DNA of 37,102 nucleotides. It comes from a virus (Duplodnaviria > Caudoviricetes). The position numbers were made by a program, and so were the translations under genes. Position 1 is the first letter of the stretch. Every line of letters starts with the position of its first letter. Shown in pieces: positions 1-10,175 of the stretch. Location: the IMG/VR virus record IMGVR_UViG_3300036546_000129, positions 1-37,102 of that record; one strand, given 5' to 3'. The notes below the pieces were generated by a model. It ran no database searches. It saw nothing but the letters and a program-made list of their open reading frames with translations, and was not told the origin of the DNA.

Positions 1-412
1 AGTGGGGAACGTCGAAGCCTGACGTGTCCACAGTAGGATCACTGTTCGCCCCTTTAGGGAGGCGGACTTTATACTGTTGACCGTTTATTTCCACCGTACG
101 GTTCCCGTACACGGCGTTGACGGCGTTAATGTGATCCCAACTGAGACTGTGTCGCAAAGGACGCTTTGCGATTAACAGCTCTTGACCGTCTAACCCAACG
201 TGCAACCAGCCTGCATCAGAGTGCTGAGCCGTGCCTGCGGTTAATCCTAACAGGTTAGCTAAAGCTACCCCATCTACAAAGTCGGCTACTATAACCTCTC
301 CATACCAGTCCACTCCCCCATCACTGGCTAAAATGGGTCGGTTAAATAAACTTCTAGTTTCACTCTTTCCTTTCCCTCCGGCTGTACCGGAGAGTAACAT
401 TCTCTCAAACAT
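1..412 (-). CDS. Virion structural protein, phiKZ gp131/gp135-like tail-associated paralog family (runs off the window edge)
   Basis: Not in the ORF track because it is open-ended. Manual translation from ATG 412 gives MFERMLLSG...WYGEV...LANLLGLTAG...WLHVGLDGQELLIAKRPLRHSLSWDHINAVNAVYG...YKVRLPKG, matching the motif pattern I recall for this jumbo-phage family. Confidence 0.7.
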   Translation of the reverse strand, partial: MFERMLLSGTAGGKGKSETRSLFNRPILASDGGVDWYGEVIVADFVDGVALANLLGLTAGTAQHSDAGWLHVGLDGQELLIAKRPLRHSLSWDHINAVNAVYGNRTVEINGQQYKVRLPKGANSDPTVDTSGFDVPH

Positions 413-427
413 TTTTATTACCCTATT

Positions 428-1258
428 TTATTTACCACCAACAAAGGTCTTCTCTAACTGACTCACAGTATCGGTGACTACACTCACCAATTCTTGTACC
501 AAATACCCTGTAGCAGAATAATGTTCCAACTCCTTACCCAGCGCAAACGACTGTGACGCCAGAGTAGCAATAGTGGTCCCTGACATTTTGTACGTTTCGG
601 GATCTTCTTCAATTCGGACAATCAGTCGATTTAGCGCATCCGTTGTGTCCTCGACCATTTGTAAAATAGCTTTACGGTCAGTGGAGCTGAATCGATTAGA
701 CAATTCGTTAGTTCGGTCTATAATCACCGACCAATCTTTATTGCGGGTCACCAGTTTACTGTAAAGGTGTTTTTGTTGATTTGAAAGTGGGTCAACCTGT
801 TTGGTTAACGTGTCCCGTATTTTATCCAACTCGGTCAGTTTGTCTTTACCGACCAACGGGTGTTGGCGCACACTCTGGAGGTTTTCAGGAGTCGCCAATA
901 ACAAGGTCACCCAATTCATAAACGGGCCTAAGACCTTGTCCTTGAGGTCTTCTGCGTGCTTAACCGCACCTTCTACGGCATCCAGGTAATCAATGTACGT
1001 CCCTTTGATGCCTTTAGGGCCATAGACTTGCATTTTACGCACTGCTGCGTAATCAACGTCTTTTAAAACCTTTTCCAACTTACCTGCTTTTACGAGTCCT
1101 ATTGCAGGTTCGTTTTTGGTTACCAAAATTGTGTTGTAGAACTCGGTAACACTGTTAACAAAGTTAGGTAACAGTTCTTTCATCGCTTTAACACTTGCTT
1201 TGATGTTAAAGGCTTCTAAACCCAGTGCGTCGGCTTGTAAGGTAGTGACATTATCCAC
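428..1258 (-). CDS. Putative head (virion) protein with short propeptide, gp153-like position
   Basis: ORF 428..1321. The likely start is GTG at 1258 (AGGAG 8 nt upstream). N-terminus MDNVTTLQADALGLE|AF contains a G-x-E head protease site. Divergent from uvsX, as I recall for phiKZ. Confidence 0.6.
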   Translation of the reverse strand: MDNVTTLQADALGLEAFNIKASVKAMKELLPNFVNSVTEFYNTILVTKNEPAIGLVKAGKLEKVLKDVDYAAVRKMQVYGPKGIKGTYIDYLDAVEGAVKHAEDLKDKVLGPFMNWVTLLLATPENLQSVRQHPLVGKDKLTELDKIRDTLTKQVDPLSNQQKHLYSKLVTRNKDWSVIIDRTNELSNRFSSTDRKAILQMVEDTTDALNRLIVRIEEDPETYKMSGTTIATLASQSFALGKELEHYSATGYLVQELVSVVTDTVSQLEKTFVGGK

Positions 1259-1403
1259 AATAAATACTCCTAACGGGTTACACGTTAATATTGTCAAGGT
1301 GTGAGCTATACAATTCCACATGATTGGGTTAATTTTTTACTGGGTCTCAGTATAGTTTGAAGAGTCACCGTTTCGTTTTTCCTAAACGACTAAAAGGTTT
1401 TGA

Positions 1404-2834
1404 TTGATTATGAGAATGAACGATTTTTTTAACCCGGCCCCTAAGATCCGTCCTTACTTAAACCTGGGTTGTTTGTTTGATATCCCGACAGGTCGTTATC
1501 ACACGGGCATTCACGGTGAGAGCATACTGAACGGTGGTCTGTCGTACTTCACCGGGATTGGTGGTCGCGGTAACATGTTCAAGTCTGTATTGGCGCATTG
1601 GATGATCCTTCGGGTAATCTCCCGCATCAGTATCGCCAATGGTAACCTGTATGACACCGAAACGACACTGACCATGGAGCGTATCCATCAATTGGCCGCT
1701 CAGTTCCCAGACCTGGTGGATGTTGACCTGGAAGAAATCGGTCGTTTGGTTCTGACCGATAACACCGTGTACAGTGGGAACGAATGGTTTGCTAAATTCC
1801 GTGACTTCGCCAACCAGAAGAAGAAGGGGTCCAAAGATTGGATGGCGGAAACACCGTTCCTGGACAAAGACGGTAAGAACATCAAGAGCATGGTTCCTAC
1901 GCTGTTTGAGATTGACTCACTGAGTATGTTCAGTACCGATTCAGTGGAAGCCATCTACACCAAGAACGAAATTGGTGACTCCGGTGCTAACACAGACGCT
2001 CTGCGCTCAGCGGCTGCCAAAAACCAAATGTTGATGCAGCTCCCCACATTGACGGGTTCCTCCAACAGCTATATGATTGCGACAGCGCATGTAGGGGACA
2101 AGCACCAATTGGACCCGTATGCACCCAATGTTAAGAAGTTGTCATTCTTGAAAGGGAATGCTACCTTCAAGAACGTACCTGAAAAGTTCAGCTTTTTGAC
2201 CAACAACCTCTGGTACTGTTTGAACGTCAGTGTGTTACAGAACCAGTCCACTAAAGGACCGGAATTCCCGAAGAATCCGAATGACACACTGAAAGGGGAT
2301 ACCGACCTCCAAATCCTGACCATCCAAAACCTTCGAGCCAAAGCAGGTCCCACCGGGATGCCATTTGAGTTGATCATCTCTCAGCGGGAAGGGTTGCTGG
2401 TAGGGCTGTCAGAATTCAACTACATCAAATCGTTTAACCGTTACGGTTTGGGTGGACATGATCGGGCGTATTACCTGGAGTTGTGTCCTGACGTCAGTAT
2501 GCAAAGAACCACGGTCCGTTCAAAGATCGATGAAAATCCCAACGTTCAACGTGCACTTGAAATCACCTCTGAAATGTGTCAGATGGAGAACCTCAACTTC
2601 CAGCAGGCACAGGGTTACTTGTGTGAGCCTAAAGAGTTGTACGAGAACCTTAAAGCAAAAGGCTACGATTGGGACATCCTTCTGAATAGTCGCGGTTACT
2701 GGACATTCACTGGACTCGAACCCGAACAGCCGTTCCTGAGCACGCTCGACCTTCTGAAAATGAATAAGGGTGAGTATCATCCTTGGTGGTACAATAAAGT
2801 GGCGAAGGAACTCGGGAAGGCTGAAATAAAATGA
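1404..2834 (+). CDS. uvsX: UvsX/RecA-like recombinase (phiKZ gp152-like)
   Basis: 476-aa ORF with Walker A-like GRGNMFKS, YDTE motif and Walker B-like FEIDSLS. The true start may be ATG 1410 or 1416. Confidence 0.85.
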   Translation: MIMRMNDFFNPAPKIRPYLNLGCLFDIPTGRYHTGIHGESILNGGLSYFTGIGGRGNMFKSVLAHWMILRVISRISIANGNLYDTETTLTMERIHQLAAQFPDLVDVDLEEIGRLVLTDNTVYSGNEWFAKFRDFANQKKKGSKDWMAETPFLDKDGKNIKSMVPTLFEIDSLSMFSTDSVEAIYTKNEIGDSGANTDALRSAAAKNQMLMQLPTLTGSSNSYMIATAHVGDKHQLDPYAPNVKKLSFLKGNATFKNVPEKFSFLTNNLWYCLNVSVLQNQSTKGPEFPKNPNDTLKGDTDLQILTIQNLRAKAGPTGMPFELIISQREGLLVGLSEFNYIKSFNRYGLGGHDRAYYLELCPDVSMQRTTVRSKIDENPNVQRALEITSEMCQMENLNFQQAQGYLCEPKELYENLKAKGYDWDILLNSRGYWTFTGLEPEQPFLSTLDLLKMNKGEYHPWWYNKVAKELGKAEIK

Positions 2835-3100
2835 AATTCCTGACAAAAGAAGACCGGTACGACGTGTTTACAGTCCCCTCCAAAGGGGGACTTAAAGGGA
2901 TACACAAATCTGTTTCCTTGAAAAGGATACTGAACCTTATAAAGCTCTACGGGGAAATGCGTGTCCTTATCTACCGTGTAACGACGACTAAGGCGTTTGG
3001 AGTTACTTTACGTAAACGCTATTACTTCAAACCCATTGACCCCCTCAATTTACTGATTAGTTTAGCTACTAAAGGTTTACTTAAAAATGAAACTCCGTGA
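2831..3100 (+). CDS. Hypothetical basic protein (89 aa)
   Basis: Overlaps the upstream stop and the downstream start, as in an operon. No recognised motif. Confidence 0.5.
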   Translation: MKFLTKEDRYDVFTVPSKGGLKGIHKSVSLKRILNLIKLYGEMRVLIYRVTTTKAFGVTLRKRYYFKPIDPLNLLISLATKGLLKNETP

Positions 3101-3389
3101 AAAAGTCGCGCAAATACTGCGCCAACATAATGAAACTTTGGCCACCCTCTGGTTACAACATTTCTGGGTAGGGGAAGTTGAGAACTTTGAAGAAGAAGTT
3201 CAGCACATCAACGGCTACCTGCGTCACCAGTTGGGTCTTTTACCGGTTAACACCATTCATGAGCGAGAATGTCTCAAGGACACGGTGGATGAAAAGGTGT
3301 GGTTGTCTACATTTGAAAGTGAAGTAGCGCCCTCCATTGCGATCCACGGGTTACCTTCCTGGCACGGGATTCCTTCCAATACCCCGTAA
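3087..3389 (+). CDS. Hypothetical protein (100 aa)
   Basis: ATG ORF in the same-strand run between uvsX and the RNAP fragment gene. Confidence 0.7.
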   Translation: MKLREKVAQILRQHNETLATLWLQHFWVGEVENFEEEVQHINGYLRHQLGLLPVNTIHERECLKDTVDEKVWLSTFESEVAPSIAIHGLPSWHGIPSNTP

Positions 3390-3425
3390 ATGGTATAGCG
3401 TAACCATTAAACGAGGAATTGGATT

Positions 3426-4091
3426 ATGGGTAATCGAGAAAAGGCTACTAAAGAGATCTTAACGTATATCGACAAGATTCTCCCCGGTAGCCCCAATACC
3501 AAAATGTGGGAGACCCAGTTAGCGGCGCTGTCGGACAAAGCGTTTGACACGTTCATGAAACAATTAGAGGCCGGTGAGGAAACGCTATACCTGGTGGTGC
3601 CTAACCTCACCGACTTTAAGATTGATGTTCAACGTAATATTAAGATAGCGCGCGAATTGGGTCATGATTTCTTTGAGCGTTTGTGGTTAACTGATCCTAC
3701 AACGGGTCAGGAGTATTTAAGTCCTGTTAAGTATCTGGTGGTGGACTTACCCCTGCGTCGACAGGTTCAGTTGTTGGTTAAGAAATCCAGTATTCCAGAT
3801 GACAATTATCACGTCGACGAGTTGACAGGTCAGCCTACTGGGGACTCTAAAGGGTCTAAGATTTCTTTTCCTGAGTTACAGGTGTTGTTCGCACAGGGTC
3901 AAGAAAACGTCATTTTGGAATTGATTAAGTTTCGAGGCGGGGACGAGAAGGCATTTAACGCCATGAACCGCTCTATAATCGAGACAGGGGGCGTTACGTT
4001 GGAATCCTTAGAGAAGGTACCCACTAAAGTAAAAGCCGTCACAACGCTCAGTACGCTGCTTAAGGCGATGCATTTGGATAACACCCTTTAA
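3426..4091 (+). CDS. rpoB: Virion RNA polymerase beta-like subunit, C-terminal fragment (phiKZ gp149-like)
   Basis: GAGGA RBS. VDELTGQPTGDSKGSKISFPELQVL...ILELIKFRGGD aligns by eye to the bacterial beta C-terminal motif [23 protein letters not shown]...LQEMLTVKSDD. Confidence 0.85.
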   Translation: MGNREKATKEILTYIDKILPGSPNTKMWETQLAALSDKAFDTFMKQLEAGEETLYLVVPNLTDFKIDVQRNIKIARELGHDFFERLWLTDPTTGQEYLSPVKYLVVDLPLRRQVQLLVKKSSIPDDNYHVDELTGQPTGDSKGSKISFPELQVLFAQGQENVILELIKFRGGDEKAFNAMNRSIIETGGVTLESLEKVPTKVKAVTTLSTLLKAMHLDNTL

Positions 4092-4105
4092 TAGGAACCG
4101 GTAGA

Positions 4106-4600
4106 ATGGAAAGTCACGCACTGTTTGAAAAAGCGCAATTGTTGGTAAATGAAATTGTTGAACGGAAACTGAATGAGTTTTTGGTTGACTCTGTGGGGGA
4201 GAAATTACTGAAGCCCCTTATGTCCATTCGGTATGAAAAACGCCTTTGGTTGTTTAACAGTGTAGAGGACCTGCAGGATTTTTGGGAACTTATTCGTAAA
4301 GACAGTGAGTTTTGTGACTTCATTCTTACGTCCACTATAGAGTTTAAAGTGCGTTTAACCAGTGAACCTCAGGCGTATAGCCTTTTCGTCAAACACCTCT
4401 CCAATAGCGCCACGTGTTTTTCGCCACATTATCGGGAAGGGTTATTAGCCATGGACGATGACTTATACGATCGCCTACCTGAACCTGAAACGTTTCAACA
4501 TCTGTTAATCGCTAACCCGTGGTTTGTATTCACACTGGTACTGACCTTATCCCCCCTCAGTGTCTTAACTAGTCTGTTAAACAGACTTAATGAAGGTTGA
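4106..4600 (+). CDS. Hypothetical protein (164 aa)
   Basis: AGGA RBS, ATG start, operon context. Confidence 0.75.
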   Translation: MESHALFEKAQLLVNEIVERKLNEFLVDSVGEKLLKPLMSIRYEKRLWLFNSVEDLQDFWELIRKDSEFCDFILTSTIEFKVRLTSEPQAYSLFVKHLSNSATCFSPHYREGLLAMDDDLYDRLPEPETFQHLLIANPWFVFTLVLTLSPLSVLTSLLNRLNEG

Positions 4601-4603
4601 TCT

Positions 4604-5323
4604 ATGGAACAACAACGTTTACTAGTAGACCTCGACGTGATCCTCGATACACGATTGGGGGCGATATCACAAGCCAATGACCTGGCTGCACAGTTTCTGG
4701 TTAAGACCAATTACCAAAATCGGTTATCAGACGATTTTGAAACGCTGACCGGGGGTATCATCACCAACGAACAATTCAGGGAAGCGTACCTTAATCGGAA
4801 TAAGGAAACCTTAAAGCGGTCCTTAGTGACCGCGTTTCCTTTGGCGCTGAAGAGTATAGTGGGTGGGTTGGTCACCTTGGCGGAAAACACACCCATTGTT
4901 GATGAAGTAATCCTGGGTATTAATTATTGGCCGTATCATCTCACACGGGATGAGATTGAGTTGTTTAAAATGGCCATTAACAATTACGTAGGATTGGAAC
5001 TCAGCTACACGTGTAAGTTTGTTCGTATTCCGCCTCACGATTTCGACCCCTATACGTTCTCAGTTAATTGGGACGGTTACGTCACCTACGACTATGACCA
5101 ATGGATAGTGGATCACACCCAAGCGTTGATCAACAAACCGATACCCCAGTATACTTTAATAGGACCAGCACTTTCTCGTAAAGTCTTTATTGAAAACGCT
5201 AAAGTAAATGTGGACGAAATGGGTGAAGTCGACGCCTTTGAAGGAATTGAGTTTCTGATGACGGCGTTTGTGGGTCTGGAACTATTGGACGCAAAATACT
5301 TTTCAGTTTTGAAATTGGTATAA
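4604..5323 (+). CDS. Conserved jumbo-phage protein with HAD-like N-terminal DxD motif (gp147-like)
   Basis: LLVDLDVILDT resembles HAD motif I. Ends at a terminator. Confidence 0.6.
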   Translation: MEQQRLLVDLDVILDTRLGAISQANDLAAQFLVKTNYQNRLSDDFETLTGGIITNEQFREAYLNRNKETLKRSLVTAFPLALKSIVGGLVTLAENTPIVDEVILGINYWPYHLTRDEIELFKMAINNYVGLELSYTCKFVRIPPHDFDPYTFSVNWDGYVTYDYDQWIVDHTQALINKPIPQYTLIGPALSRKVFIENAKVNVDEMGEVDAFEGIEFLMTAFVGLELLDAKYFSVLKLV

Positions 5324-5354
5324 AAAGAGTCTCTCCCAAGGGAGAGACTCTTTA
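5323..5354. terminator. Bidirectional intrinsic terminator
   Basis: AAAAGAGTCTCTCCC-AA-GGGAGAGACTCTTTT perfect inverted repeat between convergent genes. Confidence 0.9.
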
Positions 5355-5411
5355 TTTGTTTATCTGACCTGTATAGTTTTACATGATCGTTCAATGTTAT
5401 GTCAAGTACGG

Positions 5412-5828
5412 TTACTTGTCTTTTTCCATATCGTCCATGAATTCATCGTACTTCAATTCGGATATCCCTATCCCGGTTTCACCCGGTACAGGATTGGCTT
5501 TAGGGAGTTGGTCCAACACAGGAGTAGGTGGAATGACTTCACCGTCAACAACACCAGTCGCTTCAAACGGTGACCGTGCACCAAACTGGCGGTTGATCTT
5601 CAATACGGCATCAGCGACCAGACGGTCCGACTCAGCCAATTTCTCAGCCGCCCCGATACGTTTGTTGCCCAGTGCGGTGCGATCCATGTCACCCAGTGCT
5701 TGTAACAGCACTGTTTGGTCATCCTTGGTGACGGGTATACCGTCCTCTAACAGCTTATCGACCAACTCACGCCGTTTACTCTGTGTAAAGCGAAGGATGT
5801 CGTCATCCGTTAATTGGTACTCTGACAT
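5412..5828 (-). CDS. Hypothetical protein (~138 aa)
   Basis: ORF 5412..5861. The likely start is ATG 5828 with AGGAG upstream. Confidence 0.7.
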   Translation of the reverse strand: MSEYQLTDDDILRFTQSKRRELVDKLLEDGIPVTKDDQTVLLQALGDMDRTALGNKRIGAAEKLAESDRLVADAVLKINRQFGARSPFEATGVVDGEVIPPTPVLDQLPKANPVPGETGIGISELKYDEFMDDMEKDK

Positions 5829-5857
5829 ATCTGTGTCTCCTGGTACTGAAAAATAAT

Positions 5858-5878
5858 TCAAGTATATATTATTTAAGC
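5858..5878 (+). promoter_or_regulatory. Putative early (vRNAP) promoter
   Basis: TTCAAGTATATATTAT matches the copy at 30599-30614 and resembles the phiKZ early consensus TATATTAC. Located in an AT-rich divergent intergenic region. Confidence 0.65.
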
Positions 5879-5907
5879 GAATAGCCTTACGGTGGAGTTA
5901 TTAAATT

Positions 5908-6468
5908 GTGTTTATCAAACGCTGGCTAGGTAAGAATCGCTTCAAACGGTTCAAAGAAAAATACTTTGACACAACCCTGAACACTTGGGACATACATTAC
6001 ACGTCGGTACATGAACTTGTAACGCTGGTGTTAACCAGTGACTTGACCCAGTATTGTGCCCGTTCAGGTTCCACAGTAAGGATACGTGTCGCCCACAACA
6101 ATATTTACGTCTTGTTGGGACTGTTGGACGAAGCGTTAGACGTGCTCAACAGTGACCGCGATGTATCAAAAGCGATTCAGAAACCCCGTAACGCTGAAAC
6201 GTTATTCACTATACGATTAGACGACTATTTAGTCACTAATGACAATATCCCGTTAAAACCAAAGGAGTTTATTCATGCTTTACACACCCTCATTCACAAC
6301 CTGACCAAGGCGCTCAACACAGTGAAGAATAAAAACCCGCGTAAGTACGACTATTACGTGAGACACTTTACACACCTGATTGAAGAGACGTTCGAAGTCC
6401 TTCTTGGGTTAGTTGAGGTCGATCAACATGCGAGAAAACAAAGAAGTCGAAAGGATGTTATCCTCTAA
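5908..6468 (+). CDS. Hypothetical protein (186 aa)
   Basis: GGAG RBS, GTG start, downstream of the putative early promoter. Confidence 0.75.
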   Translation: MFIKRWLGKNRFKRFKEKYFDTTLNTWDIHYTSVHELVTLVLTSDLTQYCARSGSTVRIRVAHNNIYVLLGLLDEALDVLNSDRDVSKAIQKPRNAETLFTIRLDDYLVTNDNIPLKPKEFIHALHTLIHNLTKALNTVKNKNPRKYDYYVRHFTHLIEETFEVLLGLVEVDQHARKQRSRKDVIL

Positions 6469-6925
6469 TACCAAATTGGTAGAAGAGGCTACAGGGGCGC
6501 TAAGTCGTCTCTTTCGACAAATCCTGCTGGATGCTAATGTAGGTAAAATGCTTTGGGGTGCGCTGATGGATCGCTACCTTAAAGACCCCCGCAACCGGAT
6601 CGCTCAAGTCCCTAAAGACATCTCCAGTGCACGCGGTAACCTGGCCAAAGAGTTGGTCCGCACCGACATGACCTGGAAAGTCTTTAATAAGGCCATCCGT
6701 TTTTTAAATCCAAGGAATGTTAAAATCAGTGTCACTATTGAGTGGCAACGCGGTCGCACCACCGTACACGAAGTTCAGATTTACAAATCGTTAACCACGC
6801 TGGGTAACGACCCTAAACTGAATCGTGATGCAGTAGGGGAGGGCCTCTCCCCCATAACAGTGGCGTTAGACAAAAATCTGGAAGCCTTCAAAGCGTACCA
6901 AAAAGGTACGGGCGAGAAAGAATAG
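6428..6925 (+). CDS. Hypothetical protein (~165 aa)
   Basis: ORF 6413..6925. The likely start is ATG 6428 with GAGG upstream. Followed by a terminator. Confidence 0.7.
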   Translation: MRENKEVERMLSSNTKLVEEATGALSRLFRQILLDANVGKMLWGALMDRYLKDPRNRIAQVPKDISSARGNLAKELVRTDMTWKVFNKAIRFLNPRNVKISVTIEWQRGRTTVHEVQIYKSLTTLGNDPKLNRDAVGEGLSPITVALDKNLEAFKAYQKGTGEKE

Positions 6926-6929
6926 TAAT

Positions 6930-6959
6930 GGGTCCCCTTAAGGGGACTCTTTTTTTTTT
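6930..6959 (+). terminator. Intrinsic terminator
   Basis: GGGTCCCC-TTAA-GGGGACTC followed by a T10 run. Confidence 0.9.
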
Positions 6960-6998
6960 CGTTATTTTGTGACTATGTTTTTATTAAGGAGCCTTAAA

Positions 6999-8003
6999 AT
7001 GGCCGGTAAAGTTGCCAATACCCTGTTTCACAGTGGACCAGATGATGATCTGTTGACTGTCGACGCCTACCAGATTTCAGATAACTCTCCCAAGAATAAC
7101 TTCTTTGAACCGTTCAATGTTACCTCTGCTAACCTCATCGGGGAAGTCCGCAACAACCCAGCGGCGTTAGACGAAATAAAAAATGTTTTAGTAAACACCC
7201 GTACCAACACGTTAAATAAAGGGGAGGTCCTCTCTCAACTCGGTACTCAACTCAGTGGGATAAAACCTCAGTTAAAAACATTAACAGGTAGTTTAACCGA
7301 TACGTTAGTGAATGCATACAACACCGACCCAGCTCTAACGAATGGAGTAAGTGACGTCTCTGTGAAGTTGGGTGGTGCAGTACAAACATTCAGTGGGGTA
7401 ACCGCGAATGAGATGAGGGGATTACTTTCCCTGGCTGAAACACAGTTGGCAGGGGATGCTGAAATTGAACTCGTTGACTTGACATTACAATCCCTCGTTA
7501 CCAGTAGTTTGTTAACTGACTTGACAAATAAAGGGTTAGTCGATATAGCAACGTCCGTTATAGACGGAATCGGTAACCCTGAAGTCTCTAAAAGGTCTCT
7601 AATGGACTCTCTAGGAGGTTTTGTCGATAAAGGCATGTTACCACTGGTCGATCTTGTAATCGACCGTGTAGGGGCTAATACTGTCCTTTCTGAAAGACCG
7701 ACGTTGGTGTCCGATATTCTTAAAGGGTATCGACTACCAACCAATTTAGGCCCTAGCCAATACTTAACCGAAGAGACTCGCCTGCTGAACCTCCTGAATA
7801 AAATCGATCCACAATGGTCCGTGTTAAAGCGCAACATTGAATGGGTGTCAGATTTAACACCATTTGTTTTGGCGAGTAAAGACGCCATCACTCTATTCAC
7901 CCACGGCTCCCGTTATAAAACCGAAGCTTTAATCGCTAAGGATTACGGTGTAAAAAATCAAAAACAATTGGTTCGTAGTTTCTACCCTCGAATTGGTATT
8001 TAA
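6999..8003 (+). CDS. Probable virion structural protein (~334 aa)
   Basis: AAGGAG RBS before ATG 6999 (MAGKVANT). The function is inferred only from its position next to the gp182/gp181-like tail genes. Confidence 0.55.
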   Translation: MAGKVANTLFHSGPDDDLLTVDAYQISDNSPKNNFFEPFNVTSANLIGEVRNNPAALDEIKNVLVNTRTNTLNKGEVLSQLGTQLSGIKPQLKTLTGSLTDTLVNAYNTDPALTNGVSDVSVKLGGAVQTFSGVTANEMRGLLSLAETQLAGDAEIELVDLTLQSLVTSSLLTDLTNKGLVDIATSVIDGIGNPEVSKRSLMDSLGGFVDKGMLPLVDLVIDRVGANTVLSERPTLVSDILKGYRLPTNLGPSQYLTEETRLLNLLNKIDPQWSVLKRNIEWVSDLTPFVLASKDAITLFTHGSRYKTEALIAKDYGVKNQKQLVRSFYPRIGI

Positions 8004-8012
8004 GACAGCATA

Positions 8013-8044
8013 GACTGCTCCCCAAAAGGGAGCAGTCCTTTTTT
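8013..8044 (+). terminator. Intrinsic terminator between convergent genes
   Basis: GACTGCTCCC-CAAAA-GGGAGCAGTC followed by C and a T run. Confidence 0.85.
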
Positions 8045-10127
8045 ATCCCCCTTTTCCCATACCAACCGCAAAACCAGACAATAATCTGGCCGGAGGCGTA
8101 CCCATCAAGAAGTTAGCTGTATTTGCAACACTCGTCCAGGTATCGAAATCCGTAGCGCGTTTAACGGCTGATATTTTCAATCGTCTCCACGAATAGATCT
8201 GGTCAGTAAGTGAGAGTCCACCCAACACTGCCATGTAGTCAGTGAACGCATTATCGTCATCGAACATCCCTTTAGTGGCCAAGTTCGCAATAGTGGAGGC
8301 GGCAGCTGTAAGTGCATATCCACCACCGGTTGCTGCTGTTGCTAACGCACCTGCTGTTAATGACGCCACTTCACCCATGTCGTTACCTGCATGGATGGGT
8401 ACGTGCATAATCGTTGACAGGTCCACCACTGAGAAACTTACGTCAATCCCCAAAGGTTCCCCTTCAGGCGTCCACCCAATATTCCCTGAGCCTCTCGTGA
8501 TAGACAGTGATTCAATCATCCCCAACCGTATCTGGTTTTTACCCTGAGCATAGAGTTCACAAATAAACGGACTGGTGTACGATTGTTTACCAGTAGAGAG
8601 AGGTAGTGACCCTGCCAATAACATTGCCAGTGGGACATACAAATTCATAAAACGGGAGAGCTTGTTTCCATACGGTGAACGTAACTCGATTGTGTAGTCA
8701 GCTCGGGGTAGGTTAGCCGTTGACCCATCCCAAGTTTTAGGAATGTCCGCAAACGCCGCACCCGTAAAGGCCGTTAGGCCACTCAACGCCACACCGTCGG
8801 CCAAGCCCTTCAAAGCATTCCTACCGGCTTCTATGATGGCGTCAATCGGTAAAACCCCAGTATTACCGTCTGCAAAATTGAACCTCGCAGATCGTCCTGC
8901 ACTGGAGGCTGAATTTACTGTAGACGCTATGCCCGATTCCTTAGTACTGTTACTAAAGGACTCATTGAACGTTCCTGGGTTATCCACACGGAACGTTACA
9001 AATTGTGAACCGTCCTGGAACTCCGACTCCATGAAGCTTGCTAAGGCACTGGCTGACTCTGCAACACCATCGACCGCCTTACCCAGTTTGTCCCCTAGCC
9101 AGAAGGCAAACGTTTTAAGTGTCCCGTCCTCTTTAGTACCCGTTTCAATAGTCCCTAGTCGATCCGCAGTGGGTCCTTCGGAAGATTCTTCGTCATAAGC
9201 CGAATCCATCAGTGCGTAGTATGTGTCCCGGTAATCATTAAACGATAATTCTGGCGTGTTCTTTAACGTTTGACCTTTGTTCATGTATTCCAGGAGTTTA
9301 CGACTGAGTTCTTCGTTAGTGCCTTCTTCTTCCAGTATCCGTCTAACTTCTCTGCGTTGATCATTTGCCATGATCTGTGCGCGGTTAACAACCTTCAGGA
9401 TATCGATGGTACCACCCTCAGTCCAGAAGTCCATCGACCCTTTACTCATGGCGGCAATGTAGGGTTTGAGGTCTTCAGGCGTTAGGTGAGGCTCATTGGC
9501 GTAGAGTTCCTTCTCATCGGGTGTGGAGGCGTTCCTGGCTAACCCCATGTTAACAGCCAATGCGTTAACAATGGTCTGAACCGCATTCCAATACAACACC
9601 ATGGTCGGTTTAAGGTAGTAATACTTACTCAACGGTTTCTGGAGTAAGAAGTTTACAACACGGTTTGCCAATATAAACGGTTGAAATGGGATCGTGACGA
9701 CGTGTCCCACTGCTTTGGCTAAGGTATAAATGATCCCTTTACCACGGCCCGTGTTTGCCAAACTCGCTGCATGGGGGTTATAAAACCCACCAAAGAAAGC
9801 GGTCAGTGAGTTAAACTTAGGAACACCAAAACGCATATGCACTAGATTGGCGTTATTGTCGATCGCTTCACTGTAATAGCGACCCATTCCGCCACCGACT
9901 GCGCCGTTATTATTACTTAAGAATTTACTCTTTACAGGCAAGTCTGCCCATTGAGTGAATTGGGGTGGAGGATTAACCGCAAAGTTACCCCCCAAAGAGG
10001 AATCTGTAAATTTGACACTCGCATCTTTCATTGTGCGACGCACCGCGTCAATGTCGGATATGCTACCTGCTGGTAACATGAAGGATTGCCGTATCCATTC
10101 ATTATCTTGTAACTTTTTCACTTTCAC
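8043..10127 (-). CDS. Tail tip/baseplate-associated structural protein (phiKZ gp182-like)
   Basis: 694 aa, GGGAG RBS. Motifs KFTDSSLGGNFAVNPPPQFT, GMGRYYSEAID, Y.SPF.CELY..G...IRLGMIESLSITRG. Lies immediately downstream of the gp181-like gene. Confidence 0.75.
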   Translation of the reverse strand: MKVKKLQDNEWIRQSFMLPAGSISDIDAVRRTMKDASVKFTDSSLGGNFAVNPPPQFTQWADLPVKSKFLSNNNGAVGGGMGRYYSEAIDNNANLVHMRFGVPKFNSLTAFFGGFYNPHAASLANTGRGKGIIYTLAKAVGHVVTIPFQPFILANRVVNFLLQKPLSKYYYLKPTMVLYWNAVQTIVNALAVNMGLARNASTPDEKELYANEPHLTPEDLKPYIAAMSKGSMDFWTEGGTIDILKVVNRAQIMANDQRREVRRILEEEGTNEELSRKLLEYMNKGQTLKNTPELSFNDYRDTYYALMDSAYDEESSEGPTADRLGTIETGTKEDGTLKTFAFWLGDKLGKAVDGVAESASALASFMESEFQDGSQFVTFRVDNPGTFNESFSNSTKESGIASTVNSASSAGRSARFNFADGNTGVLPIDAIIEAGRNALKGLADGVALSGLTAFTGAAFADIPKTWDGSTANLPRADYTIELRSPYGNKLSRFMNLYVPLAMLLAGSLPLSTGKQSYTSPFICELYAQGKNQIRLGMIESLSITRGSGNIGWTPEGEPLGIDVSFSVVDLSTIMHVPIHAGNDMGEVASLTAGALATAATGGGYALTAAASTIANLATKGMFDDDNAFTDYMAVLGGLSLTDQIYSWRRLKISAVKRATDFDTWTSVANTANFLMGTPPARLLSGFAVGMGKGG

Positions 10128-10135
10128 GACTCCCT

Positions 10136-10166
10136 AAAAAAGGAAAGGGTGGGGTCACCCCCACCC
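10136..10166 (-). terminator. Hairpin/terminator after the gp181-like gene
   Basis: GGGTGGGG-TCAC-CCCCACCC, followed on the minus strand by TTTCCTTTTT. Confidence 0.6.
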
Positions 10167-10175
10167 CCTTCAACA